Of a stretch of 64,000 bases of DNA, positions 26,743 through 36,023 are shown piece after piece. The notes below the pieces were generated by a model. It made no database searches and was not told the origin of the DNA. It saw nothing but the letters and a program-made list of their open reading frames with translations. This DNA is from an uncultured Methylomirabilota bacterium (GTDB lineage: Bacteria > Methylomirabilota > Methylomirabilia > Methylomirabilales > 2-02-FULL-66-22): the NCBI GenBank assembly GCA_963727695.1, contig CAVSHW010000039.1, positions 7,770-71,769 on the forward strand, written 5' to 3'. Numbering within the stretch: the first letter of the stretch is position 1; each line of letters starts with the position of its first letter. A program made the translations under genes and the position numbers.

Positions 26743-27931
26743 GTGAGAGTGGGAATCGTGGGAGCCGGATTTGCGGCCTCTTTTCACCTTCGATCCTATC
26801 ATCAGGTGAAAGAGATCCCCGTGGAGATCGTCGCGATTGCGAGCAAGGGCAAGGCCCGCGCCGAGCAACTGGCCGGCCGCCACGGCATCGCCAAGGTGTA
26901 TGCCGACTATCGCTTCCTCCTCGATGATCCTTCCATTGACGTCGTCGATCTTTGCGTCCCCAACGCCCTCCACCTTCCCCTGGTCTTGGACACGCTCAAA
27001 GCGGGCAAACACGTCATTTGCGAGAAGCCCCTCACCGGGTATTTCGGCCAGGGCGAGCCGGATAAAGAGGTGGGGGCCACCTCGAAGCGGAAGATGCTCG
27101 CCAAGGTGCGAGCCGATCTCGACGAGGTCACCCGCGTGATGGCGGAACACCCCGTCAAATTCTGCTATGCGGAGAACTGGATCTACGCTCCGGCCGTCCG
27201 GAAGGGTCTCGAGATCCTCGACCGATGCGTGGCCGCGGGATCCATTCTCGAGATTCGCGGAGAGGAATCGCACAGCGGCTCCCACTCGGAGTATTCAAAG
27301 TGGTGGCGCCATGCGGGCGGCGGCTCCCTGGCCAGGCTGGCAGCCCATCCCATCGGGCTGGGGTTGTTTCTCAAGCACTTCGAGGGCCGGAAGAAGACGG
27401 GGCGCCCGATCCTTCCCGTGGAGGTGCTGGCCGACGGTATCGACCTGACGAAGACCCCCGCGTTTGCCTCGGTGATAGGACTCTCCCCTTGTCACCGGGT
27501 GGGGAGATGTGGAGACCTGGGCTCAGGCGACCGTCACCTTCTCGGACGGGACCCGGGGCATCTTCTACGGCGCCGACGATCTGCTCGGCGGGATGGAAGG
27601 GAACGTGGACATTCGCCTTTCCAACGCCCGGCTGAAGCTCGATATCTGTCCGATCCGGGTCTGCCAGTTCTACACGGCCGATCCGGCGCCGGTCCAGGAT
27701 GTCTACTTCAACGAGAAACAGGAGACGAAGGCCGGACTGTCCTTCCCCAGTCCGGATGAAGAGTGGACGCTGGGCTACCCCCAGGAGATCCAGGACTTCA
27801 TGGAGGCTATCGCCCTGGACCGGGCTCCCCTGAGCGGCCTCGATCTGGCCAAACAGGTTGTGGAGGTCGTGTACGCGGGGTATGTCTCCATGGAAGAGCG
27901 GCGGAAGGTCGTCTTGTCTTTGACCTCGTAG
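26743..27931 (+). pseudogene. Gfo/Idh/MocA-family oxidoreductase, frameshifted at about 27479-27508 (or assembly error)
   Basis: N-part: MRVGIVGAGFAASFH...EKPL... is sensible up to ...TKTPAFASV (frame of ORF 26743..27759). The C-part continues in the frame of ORF 27509..27931 (...VETWAQATVTFSDGTRGIFYGADD...). Confidence 0.75.
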
Positions 27932-27958
27932 GCCGGGCCTTCGAGGAGGAGAGCGGAT

Positions 27959-29194
27959 ATGAAGGATGCGTTCTTTGATCTTCCGGTCGCCATAGGCAAC
28001 GTCGCGCTCCGCAACCCCTTCGTCGTCGCCTCGGGTCCGACGGTGAAGAACCTGGAGCAGCTCACGCTCATCGAACAGTGCGGGTGGGGGGCGGCCTCCA
28101 CCAAACAGACATACAATCCCCGACCCTACATCAGCTACGATCCCCGCTACCGCTGGCTGAAGAAGGAGAAGCTGCACATCTTCACCGCCGAGCACCGGCT
28201 GGACATGGAGACGGGGCTCCGGCTCGTCGAGGACGCGCGGAAGAAATGCAAGGATCTGGCGATCATCGCCAACTACTCGGATGCCGGCGACAGTGTGGAT
28301 AGCTGGGAGGAGGGGGCGCGGCGCTTCGAGGCGGCGGGGACGCAGATTCTCGAGCTGAATTTCTGCTGTCCCAACATGTCCTTCAGCGTGGACGTCACGG
28401 ACCAGAAGACGCACCGCGTCTCCTCGGGTGCGAGCATGGGCCAGGATCCGGAGATCGTCGCCGCGGTCGTCCGGCGGCTGCGCAAGGCGCTCAGCATCCC
28501 GATCATCGCCAAGATCACGCCCGAAGGCGGCCGGATCGCCCAGGTGGCCAAGGCGGCCATCGACGCGGGCGCGGACGCCGTGAGCGGCGTCGCCAATCGG
28601 CTCGGCATCGCGCCCGTCGACATCTGGAACTACAAGAAACCCATCTACAACCTGCAGGGCGAGAACACCATGGGGTGCATGTCGGGGCCGTGGATCCGGC
28701 CCCTCGCCATGCGGGACGTCTTCGAGATGCGCAAGCTCCTGGGGCCGGGTCCCCACATCAACGGCACGGGCGGGATCGCCTCCATGCAGGACGCGGTGCA
28801 GATGATGATGTGCGGCGCCGACACTATCGGGGTCTGCACCGAGACCATGCTCCGGGGGTTCGGCTTCCTGGAGAAGTGGATGAAGGGTCTAAAGGATTAC
28901 ATGCAGAAGATGGGCTTCCGGACGGCCCGCGATATGCGGGACCTTCTGCTGCCCGAGCTGAAGTCCGCCGCCGAGCTGACGCTGTGGGACGGCTATGCCC
29001 AGGTGGACACGGCCAAGTGCTCCGGCTGCGGTGCGTGCGTCGAGGTCGGGCATTGCGACGCCATCACCATGGTCGACGGCGTTGCCTTCGTCGATCCCAA
29101 GCTATGCAAGGGCTGCTCCACCTGCATCGACATCTGCCCGAAGCAATCGATCCGGATGGTCGAAGAACGTTCAACGTTAAACGTTGCACGTTGA
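27959..29194 (+). CDS. Dihydroorotate/dihydropyrimidine-dehydrogenase-like flavoprotein with C-terminal 2x[4Fe-4S] ferredoxin domain (PreA-like)
   Basis: NPFVVASGP...ELNFCCPN...IAKITP...GTGGI is the DHOD-fold. The C-terminus has CSGCGACVEVGHC and CKGCSTCIDICP. Confidence 0.85.
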   Translation: MKDAFFDLPVAIGNVALRNPFVVASGPTVKNLEQLTLIEQCGWGAASTKQTYNPRPYISYDPRYRWLKKEKLHIFTAEHRLDMETGLRLVEDARKKCKDLAIIANYSDAGDSVDSWEEGARRFEAAGTQILELNFCCPNMSFSVDVTDQKTHRVSSGASMGQDPEIVAAVVRRLRKALSIPIIAKITPEGGRIAQVAKAAIDAGADAVSGVANRLGIAPVDIWNYKKPIYNLQGENTMGCMSGPWIRPLAMRDVFEMRKLLGPGPHINGTGGIASMQDAVQMMMCGADTIGVCTETMLRGFGFLEKWMKGLKDYMQKMGFRTARDMRDLLLPELKSAAELTLWDGYAQVDTAKCSGCGACVEVGHCDAITMVDGVAFVDPKLCKGCSTCIDICPKQSIRMVEERSTLNVAR

Positions 29195-29206
29195 ACGTGG
29201 CACGCT
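29165..29206 (+). repeat. Tandem heptamer repeat (NNACGTT)x4 plus 2 degenerate units
   Basis: GAACGTT CAACGTT AAACGTT GCACGTT GAACGTG GCACGCT. Also folds as ACGTTCAACGT/ACGTTGAACGT. Overlaps the last codons and the stop (29192-29194) of the preceding gene. Confidence 0.85.
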
Positions 29207-29221
29207 GAAGCAGCCCAGCGT

Positions 29222-29926
29222 TTAGCCCTTCCCTCCCAGATAGGCGGCTTCCACCTGGGGATTCCTGGCTAGGTCGGAGCCGGTCCCTTTCAGGACGACT
29301 CTTCCATTTTCCAGCACATAGGCATAGTGGGCCAGGGCCAGCGCCGTCCGGGCGTTCTGCTCGACAAGGACCACGGTCATTCCCTGCCGGTTGATCTCCC
29401 GGATCAGTTCGAAGATCTGGCGGACGATCATGGGGGCTAGCCCGAGGGAAGGTTCGTCGAGCAGCATGATCTTGGGTGAGGACATCAAGCCCCGCCCGAT
29501 GGAGAGCATCTGCTGCTCTCCCCCGGAGAGCGTGCCCGCCGCCTGGCGGGACCGCTCTCTCAGAATGGGAAACATGTCGTAGATCCGGCGCCGGATCTCG
29601 CGGGAGTGTGTTCGATGGGCGCGGTACGCCCCCATCGTCAGGTTCTCGTCCACCGTCAGCGAGGAGAATACCTTGCGACCCTCCGGAACCTGGACGATCC
29701 CGGCGGCCACGGTCAGATGGGCCGCCGAGGGAAGGGGCCGGCCGTCGAGAACGATGGATCCGCTCTTCGGGCGGAGCAGCCCGGAGATGGCGTTGAGGAG
29801 CGTAGTCTTGCCGGCCCCGTTGGAGCCGATCACGCTGACCATCTGCCCGTCGGGCACCTCCAGATCGACGCCGTGCAGCGCCTCGATTCGCCCGTAGGAC
29901 ACTACCAGGCCTTTCACTTGGAGCAT
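29222..29926 (-). CDS. livF: HAAT-family (Liv/Bra) ABC transporter ATP-binding protein
   Basis: MLQVKGLVVSYGRIEALHGV...GSNGAGKTT...LSGGEQQML...LLDEPS. Start at 29926, inside track ORF 29222..30379. Confidence 0.9.
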   Translation of the reverse strand: MLQVKGLVVSYGRIEALHGVDLEVPDGQMVSVIGSNGAGKTTLLNAISGLLRPKSGSIVLDGRPLPSAAHLTVAAGIVQVPEGRKVFSSLTVDENLTMGAYRAHRTHSREIRRRIYDMFPILRERSRQAAGTLSGGEQQMLSIGRGLMSSPKIMLLDEPSLGLAPMIVRQIFELIREINRQGMTVVLVEQNARTALALAHYAYVLENGRVVLKGTGSDLARNPQVEAAYLGGKG

Positions 29927-30702
29927 ACCTGCTCCTCTCCGAGGTAGGCGCTGATCACGACCGGATTTCGCTGGATCTGGTCCGGCGTTCCCTCGGCGAT
30001 CGTGCATCCGAAATTCTGCACGTAGATCCACTGGCAAAGCTCCATCACCACCTCCATGCGGTGCTCGATCAGGATGATGGAGAGCTTGAGCTCGGTGAAG
30101 AGCCGGCGAATCAGCGCGATCAGTCCCTGCACCTCGGCCGGGTTCAGCCCGGCAGCGGGCTCGTCGAGGAGCAGCAGACGGGGCTCTCCGGCGAGGGCCC
30201 GGGCAAGCTCGACCCGGCGCTGAAGCCCGTACGGCAGGCTGCCCGCCAGCTCGTGCCGGTAGTCGCCCAAGCCGACCCTGTCCAGCCAGCCGGCGGATCG
30301 GTCGATCACCTGGTGCTCGAAGCTTCCGACTCCCCGCCAGCCGACCATGGCCTTCAGGAGCCCATACTTGGCCCGCCAACTGTAGGCACTGCGGACGTTG
30401 TCCAGCACGCTCATGCCCCCGAATAGGCGGATGTTCTGGAAGGTCCGGGCGATCCCCAGGCGGCCGATCTCGAATGATTGCAGACCGCCTATGGCCTGGT
30501 CCTGAAAGACGACCTCTCCCGAGTCGATGGCGTAAATCCCCGAGAGCAGGTTGAGGATGGTGGTCTTGCCGGCGCCGTTGGGCCCGATGATGCCGACCAG
30601 ATGGTTCTCGCGGACCACGCCGCTGAACTGGTCCACAGCCAAGACCCCGCCGAACCGCTTGGTGAGCCCCCGGGATCGCAGGAGGATGTTGTCTTCAGCC
30701 AT
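29914..30702 (-). CDS. livG: HAAT-family ABC transporter ATP-binding protein
   Basis: GPNGAGKTT, LPYGLQRRVELARAL, LLLDEPAAG. Start MAEDNILL at 30702. Confidence 0.9.
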   Translation of the reverse strand: MAEDNILLRSRGLTKRFGGVLAVDQFSGVVRENHLVGIIGPNGAGKTTILNLLSGIYAIDSGEVVFQDQAIGGLQSFEIGRLGIARTFQNIRLFGGMSVLDNVRSAYSWRAKYGLLKAMVGWRGVGSFEHQVIDRSAGWLDRVGLGDYRHELAGSLPYGLQRRVELARALAGEPRLLLLDEPAAGLNPAEVQGLIALIRRLFTELKLSIILIEHRMEVVMELCQWIYVQNFGCTIAEGTPDQIQRNPVVISAYLGEEQVCSK

Positions 30703-31576
30703 GGTACCCACCCTCTGACGGCGTCCCGCGGGATCGGCGGAACTTCGCCCCGAGACCCGCAAACGACAACTCCCAGCGGCCGAAGAGACCGGCCGGCCGG
30801 AAATTGATGATCAGTAGGATGATCACGCAATAGATCAGGACCCGCCACTCAGAGGCGAAGCGGAGGATCTCGGGGAGGGCGGATAACATGGTCGCACCGA
30901 TGATGGTCCCCGTCAGGCTGTCCCGTCCTCCGAAGAACACCATGATGATCCAGATCGCCGACTGCATCCAGCCGAACATGGCCGGCTCGACATACGTGGT
31001 GAAGAATGCCATCAGCGCCCCGGCAAAGGCCGATAAACCGGCCCCCAGCATGAACACCCTCAGCTTGTGGGCGAAGGAGTTGATTCCGATCACCTGGGCG
31101 GCCAGCTCGTCGGTGCGGATGGCCAGGCAGTCCCGGCCGAACTTGGAACGGCGCACATTGTAGATCAGCCAGACGGCGACAGCCAGAGAGCCGAAGGCCA
31201 GCCCCGGCGTGGTGAGCTGGGGGACCCCGGAAAACCCCATGGCCCCGCCCGTGTACTTGACCGATTCGTCCATCACCGCCCGGAGCGCTTCGCCGAAACC
31301 GAAGGTGACCAGCGCAAAGAAGTCCTGGCGGATCTTCAGGGTGGTGAACCCGATGACATAGGCCACGCCCACCGACAGGAGGACCGCCAGCAGGACGGCC
31401 ACGGGAAACGGGATGCCGTACTTGACGACGGCCAGCGCCGCCGTGTAAGACCCCAGCCCCATGAAGGCGGCCTGTCCCAGGGAGAAGAGCCCGGTGAGGC
31501 CGGTGAGGACAAAGGTCCCCAGGACTCCCAGCGTGGTGATCGCCGAAAAGACGGCGACGGTCATGTAGTAGTCCAC
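30695..31576 (-). CDS. livM: HAAT-family ABC transporter permease
   Basis: 293-aa polytopic protein. ...LSLGQAAFMGLGSYTAA...IRTDELAAQVIGIN... Confidence 0.85.
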   Translation of the reverse strand: MDYYMTVAVFSAITTLGVLGTFVLTGLTGLFSLGQAAFMGLGSYTAALAVVKYGIPFPVAVLLAVLLSVGVAYVIGFTTLKIRQDFFALVTFGFGEALRAVMDESVKYTGGAMGFSGVPQLTTPGLAFGSLAVAVWLIYNVRRSKFGRDCLAIRTDELAAQVIGINSFAHKLRVFMLGAGLSAFAGALMAFFTTYVEPAMFGWMQSAIWIIMVFFGGRDSLTGTIIGATMLSALPEILRFASEWRVLIYCVIILLIINFRPAGLFGRWELSFAGLGAKFRRSRGTPSEGGYHG

Positions 31577-31612
31577 GGTGTACCTCAGCTCAGCGCTCGG
31601 CCCCTCTCCTGC

Positions 31613-32509
31613 TCACGCCTTCTCCTGGAACGAGATGCCGGCGAACCCTTGTGGCCGGATCAGCAGGAAGGCCACCATGATGGCGAAGATCACCGCCGGG
31701 GACAGCCCCGCGCCCATGATGGCGATCAGCGTGACCTCGACGATGGCCAATGCCAAGGCCCCCCAGGCCGCCCCCATGATGCTGCCCAGACCGCCCAACA
31801 CGGAAGCGATGAACCCCTTCACCACCAACTGGCCGATCTGGGGATAGAGGGTGTAGGTCATTCCCAGCAGCACGCCGGAGAGGCCGCCCAGCATGCCCGA
31901 GACGAAGAACGTGGTCATGACGATGAAGTCCACGTTGACGCCCATCAGATTGGTGGTGGTCAGATCGTTGGAGGCGGCGCGGATGGCGATCCCGATCTTG
32001 GTATATTTCAGGGCCCAGGCCAGGAACCCGAAGGCCAGGATGGAGACGGCCATCATGACCAGGTACAGCACGGAAAAACTGGCTCCGGCAAGCGAGAAGG
32101 AAGTCGTGCTGATCATCGTGGGGTAGGTGAAGAAGGACGCGCCGAAGAAGATCACCAGGATCTGTTCCAGGAGCATCAGCATGGTGACGGAGGTGACGAA
32201 GAAGTAGACCAGTTCGCCTCGCTTCTTGCGGATGGAGCGGAACGCCACGAATTCCACAACCACGGCAACCACCCCCCCAACCAGGACCCCCACCAGGAGC
32301 ACCGGGATCAGGGGAAGGTGCAAATAGGACGCCGCCATGTAGCCGAAATAGGCCCCGATGCCCAGGACGCCGCCATGGGAAAAGTTGGAGAACTTGAGGA
32401 CGTTGAAGACCATCGCAAAGCCGACGGCGATCAGGGCGTAAACCGCTCCCAAGGAAACGCCGTTGACGAGCTGCTGGATGGCGATGCTGAGGAACTGGTT
32501 CGCTCCCAT
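31613..32509 (-). CDS. livH: HAAT-family ABC transporter permease
   Basis: MGANQFLSIAIQQLVNGVSLGAVYALIAVGFAMVFNV... is a typical LivH N-terminus. Confidence 0.9.
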   Translation of the reverse strand: MGANQFLSIAIQQLVNGVSLGAVYALIAVGFAMVFNVLKFSNFSHGGVLGIGAYFGYMAASYLHLPLIPVLLVGVLVGGVVAVVVEFVAFRSIRKKRGELVYFFVTSVTMLMLLEQILVIFFGASFFTYPTMISTTSFSLAGASFSVLYLVMMAVSILAFGFLAWALKYTKIGIAIRAASNDLTTTNLMGVNVDFIVMTTFFVSGMLGGLSGVLLGMTYTLYPQIGQLVVKGFIASVLGGLGSIMGAAWGALALAIVEVTLIAIMGAGLSPAVIFAIMVAFLLIRPQGFAGISFQEKA

Positions 32510-32589
32510 CAGAGGGTACTCCCCATATCAAGACCGGGAGCCGGGAGACGACTCTCCCGACTCCCGGTCAGATTTCCAGGGGCAAGCGC

Positions 32590-33765
32590 CTACTTCTCAT
32601 CCGGGGGGGTGAGCTTGGTGATCGTCACCGACTTGCCGCCCTTCACTTGCAGGATATACATGGGCAACCCAACCGGGCGGTGCGTCTTACTGGAGATTGT
32701 GAACGGCCCCTGATAGCCCGGGAAGTCTTTGGTCTTGCTTATTTCGGCCGCCAGCATCTCTCCGGTCGGCGCCTTGCTGGCAGCCAAGGCCCGCTTGTAG
32801 GCCTCGACCAGGGCCCCGCCGAGATCCCAGCCGGAGTAGGCTTGGGTGATGGCCGGATATCCAAACTTCTTCTCGTACCGGGCGTCGAACTCTTTCAGCT
32901 TGGGATCGGCCGGGTTGATCCCGTAGGGAAAATACACCCCTTCCGAAGCCTTGGGGTCGGTGTTGCTGGCCAAGGCAAAGGGGATGTAGGAGTTGTTGCC
33001 CAAGATCGTCGCCTTGATCCCCAAATCGTAGGACTGCTGCAGGGCCAGCGGGATCTCTTGCGGATAATTGGGCATGTAGATCGCCTCCGGATTGGCCTGC
33101 TTGATCTTGGTAAGCTGGGCCCGGTAATCCTTGTCGGCGGTCATGAAGGTTTCTTTGGCCACGATGGTTCCGCCATTCTCGGTCACGTAGCTCGCAAACG
33201 GTTCGGCCAGGGAGACCGAGTAGGCGTTCTGCTGGTTCAGAAGCATGGCGTACTTCTTCAGTTTCAGCTCCTTGATGGCATAGGCCGCGATGGTCCGCGC
33301 CTGGGCGCCGGAGGAGTTCTGCGCCAGAAACATATAGGTCCAGGGCGCGCCATCAGGCTTGGTGGTGGCTCGCTCATCCACAAAGAGGCCGAAGATGGGG
33401 ATCTTCTTGGCATCGGTGAGCGGCGCCAGGGCAATACCCATGTTGGCGATGGGTGGGCCGATGATGACCGAGACCTTGTCGAGATCGCAGAGACGCCGGT
33501 AGGCGCTGATCGCCTCGTTGACCTCGCTCTTGGTGTCGTAGCCGACGATCTTTAGCTGCCTGCCGTTGATCCCGCCGGCCGCATTGACCTGGTCGAAGTA
33601 CATCTGGGCGCCGTTGACCGTCGCCAGACCGAAGGCCTTGTTGGGTCCGGAAAGATCCTGAACATTGCCAACCAGGATCTCATCCGCCGCCGGGGCTGGA
33701 ACGGCGGCCAGAAGAGCTAGAAACATGGCGGCGAGACACGCAACGACGATTCCGGTTCTCTTCAT
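32590..33765 (-). CDS. Liv-type periplasmic substrate-binding protein
   Basis: Start MKRTGIVVACLAAMFLALLAAVPAPAA at 33765 (GGAGGAGGAG RBS). Type I PBP fold, LivK/amide-binding family. Confidence 0.9.
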   Translation of the reverse strand: MKRTGIVVACLAAMFLALLAAVPAPAADEILVGNVQDLSGPNKAFGLATVNGAQMYFDQVNAAGGINGRQLKIVGYDTKSEVNEAISAYRRLCDLDKVSVIIGPPIANMGIALAPLTDAKKIPIFGLFVDERATTKPDGAPWTYMFLAQNSSGAQARTIAAYAIKELKLKKYAMLLNQQNAYSVSLAEPFASYVTENGGTIVAKETFMTADKDYRAQLTKIKQANPEAIYMPNYPQEIPLALQQSYDLGIKATILGNNSYIPFALASNTDPKASEGVYFPYGINPADPKLKEFDARYEKKFGYPAITQAYSGWDLGGALVEAYKRALAASKAPTGEMLAAEISKTKDFPGYQGPFTISSKTHRPVGLPMYILQVKGGKSVTITKLTPPDEK

Positions 33766-33843
33766 TCTCTCCTCCTCCGATCGGACATTCAAGAAACGCA
33801 CACCGAGAATTGGGCTCGTAGATAACGCGGGTCTTGGCTAAGA

Positions 33844-33946
33844 CGTTGTCAAAGAATAACTTGACCGGAGATATTCCGAAAACGGCATAAGGAGCCGTAA
33901 CGAAATTCCAATGAATGGACAAGTTATTTCGTAACGGCTCCTAACT
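33844..33946 (+). repeat. Hairpin repeat family 2, copy 2
   Basis: Same flank and the same 16-bp stem (33891-33906 / 33926-33941) as copy 1. The loop differs at 2 positions. A 31-nt insertion follows the flank. Confidence 0.8.
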
Positions 33947-33989
33947 GTCAAGACAATTTCCCCCTTTGGTTCGGCAGGTGCAGTCATTG

Positions 33990-34907
33990 TCACCCCAGCC
34001 GGTTCGAGGTCCGCGGGGGGACGAGGACAGTGGCCAGCGATCCCACCACCAGGACCAGCGCCGCGTAGTCCTGCCAGTGCGGCGTCTCCCCCAGGACCAG
34101 GACCCCGCTGAACACCCCGACCACCGGAACCATCATCACCGCCAGGCTGGAGACCCCCACCGGCGCCTGGACGGCGATCTTCGTCCAGGCCCAGTAGCAG
34201 AAAACGAATGCCACGAGGATATTGTAGAACGACCCCAGCATCGGCCGGAGCGAGAGCGCGAAGGGAGTGAAGGGGCCCCGCTCGACCGCGAGGGCGATCG
34301 CGAGGATCGGCATGACGCCGATCACCATCTGCCAGGCGGTCAGCGACGACGTCGGCAGATCCACCGGCCACCGCTTGAGCATGACGGTAGCCATGGCCCA
34401 AGTCAGCGCCGCCAGGATCATGCACAGCGCGCCGACAGGCGATCGTCCCACGGCCTGGACCTCGCTCCCCATCAGGACCAGCACCCCGACGATGCCGAGC
34501 CCCACGCCGAAGGCCCGTCGCCTCGTCAGCGGCTCCCCGAGCAGCCACGCCGAAATCAGGACCCCCCACGCCGGCATCGTGTAGCCGAGGATAGCCGCGC
34601 GCCCCGACGCCATCAGCGAGACGCCGTAGATGGCCAAGATGTTCCAGCCTGTCATGTTGACGAGACCGAGCGCCACAAGGCGCGGCCACTGCCCGGCGGG
34701 CACCCGGATCGGCAGGCCGCTCACCTGCGCCAAAGAGAACAGCCCGACCGCACCGCCGACGAGGCACATCGTGCGGAAGTGCATGGGGGCCATCTCGCGG
34801 ATTACCAGCTTCATGATCGGCCAGTTGAGCCCCCAGCCGAGCGTGAGGCCGACCAGCAGCCAGAGGAGCTGCGGTGGGAACGTCTGCGATGGTGAGGCAG
34901 GCTTCAT
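33990..34907 (-). CDS. EamA/DMT-family transporter
   Basis: 10-TM protein. Start MKPASPSQ at 34907. Two EamA repeats. Confidence 0.85.
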   Translation of the reverse strand: MKPASPSQTFPPQLLWLLVGLTLGWGLNWPIMKLVIREMAPMHFRTMCLVGGAVGLFSLAQVSGLPIRVPAGQWPRLVALGLVNMTGWNILAIYGVSLMASGRAAILGYTMPAWGVLISAWLLGEPLTRRRAFGVGLGIVGVLVLMGSEVQAVGRSPVGALCMILAALTWAMATVMLKRWPVDLPTSSLTAWQMVIGVMPILAIALAVERGPFTPFALSLRPMLGSFYNILVAFVFCYWAWTKIAVQAPVGVSSLAVMMVPVVGVFSGVLVLGETPHWQDYAALVLVVGSLATVLVPPRTSNRLG

Positions 34908-34928
34908 GCGGTATTCGGCTCCCACGGC

Positions 34929-35988
34929 TCAGGACCCCGCCCCGTGCTCGCGCAACACCCGGGCGATGACGGTGAGGCTCTGTTCCAGCGCCTCCACCGG
35001 GGCGTCCTCGGTCACGCTGATCCCGAAGCCGCGGGTGGTGCCGGCCTCCGCCAGGAGCTCCCGGGTATGCTCCTCGATAACGGTGGGGGGTTCGATGTGC
35101 ATGGAGCTGGTGAAGTTGAGCCACAGCGCCTTGCTCGGCCACAGCCGGCGGGCCTCCCGGACGGAGACATCGCCCATGGGCGGCGGTGTCATAGCTTCCA
35201 CGATGTCGAATTGGGCCTCGGCGATGTCCGCCGCGAGCGATTGCAGGTTCCCGTCCATGTGCACCGCCAGGAGCTTCCCGGTTCCCCGGAGCCGCGCCGT
35301 GATCTTGGCGTACTCCGGCATGAGGTACCGCTCGGTACCGCTCCCGGCCCACCATGTCGCTGTAGATGTTGTCCCCGAGCTGGAGGATCTCCGCGGGCGA
35401 GGCGGCCGCGAACTCGTACAGCTCCTCGTAGCGAGCGGCCATGACGGCGTGGAGAGAATCGAAGAGGTCACGCCGGTCCTGGTAGTCAACGGCGAACTGC
35501 TCCAGCCCCATCAGCAGATAGAGCATCTCCTGGAGCGGCGACTTGGCGATCCGGAGCATCAGCAGCCCATCGGTCCCCACCCGCCGCTGGGCTTCGCGGA
35601 TCGCTTCGAAGTTATCCTGGAATACCATGTCCCGGTAGTAGAACTCCAGCACCCGATAGTCGTCGGGCCCCTTGATGAAGTGGACATGGGTCCAGTTCGA
35701 CGTCTCATAGGCGGGATCGGGCTCCAGGATCTGGTACGCCTCGCCCACCGGCGTCTTGATCGTCCGCCGGATCAGTTTGCGGCCGTTCTCCTGGTACTCA
35801 TGCGAGACGATCTCGACCTCCCGGTGCGTGACCTTGTGGCCCGGCAGCCGCACGATCAGGCCGACCCCTTCCTCGCGGAGCCGCCGCTCGGTCGTCCCGC
35901 GTGGCAGCATCCAGTCATAGACGGTGAGGGGCACTCGATCCGGTTGGCCCCAGGTCATGGCGGTCAAAATGCGCTCTTTAATGGTCAT
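34929..35988 (-). pseudogene. URO-D-family protein disrupted by a 10-bp tandem duplication
   Basis: MTIKERILTAMTWGQPDRVPLTV... (start 35988) reads through ...LGDNIYSDMVGRERY. GAGCGGTACC is then repeated (35343-35334 and 35333-35324). Removing one copy restores ...GRERYLMPEYAKITARLRGTGKLLAVHMDGN... to the stop at 34929. The length is 1060 nt, i.e. 1050+10. Confidence 0.85.
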
Positions 35989-36023
35989 GCGCGCCTCGCT
36001 TGTTCTGACATACAAGCCTGCTG

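Noticed and set aside
31067-32713. 548-aa plus-strand ORF; similar ORFs at 18087..19904 (605 aa), 46805..48649 (614 aa) and 38827..40059 (410 aa)
   Set aside because: All are antisense to well-supported ABC transporter genes. They are composed of His/Asp/Gly/Arg/Pro-rich low-complexity sequence. These are shadow ORFs.
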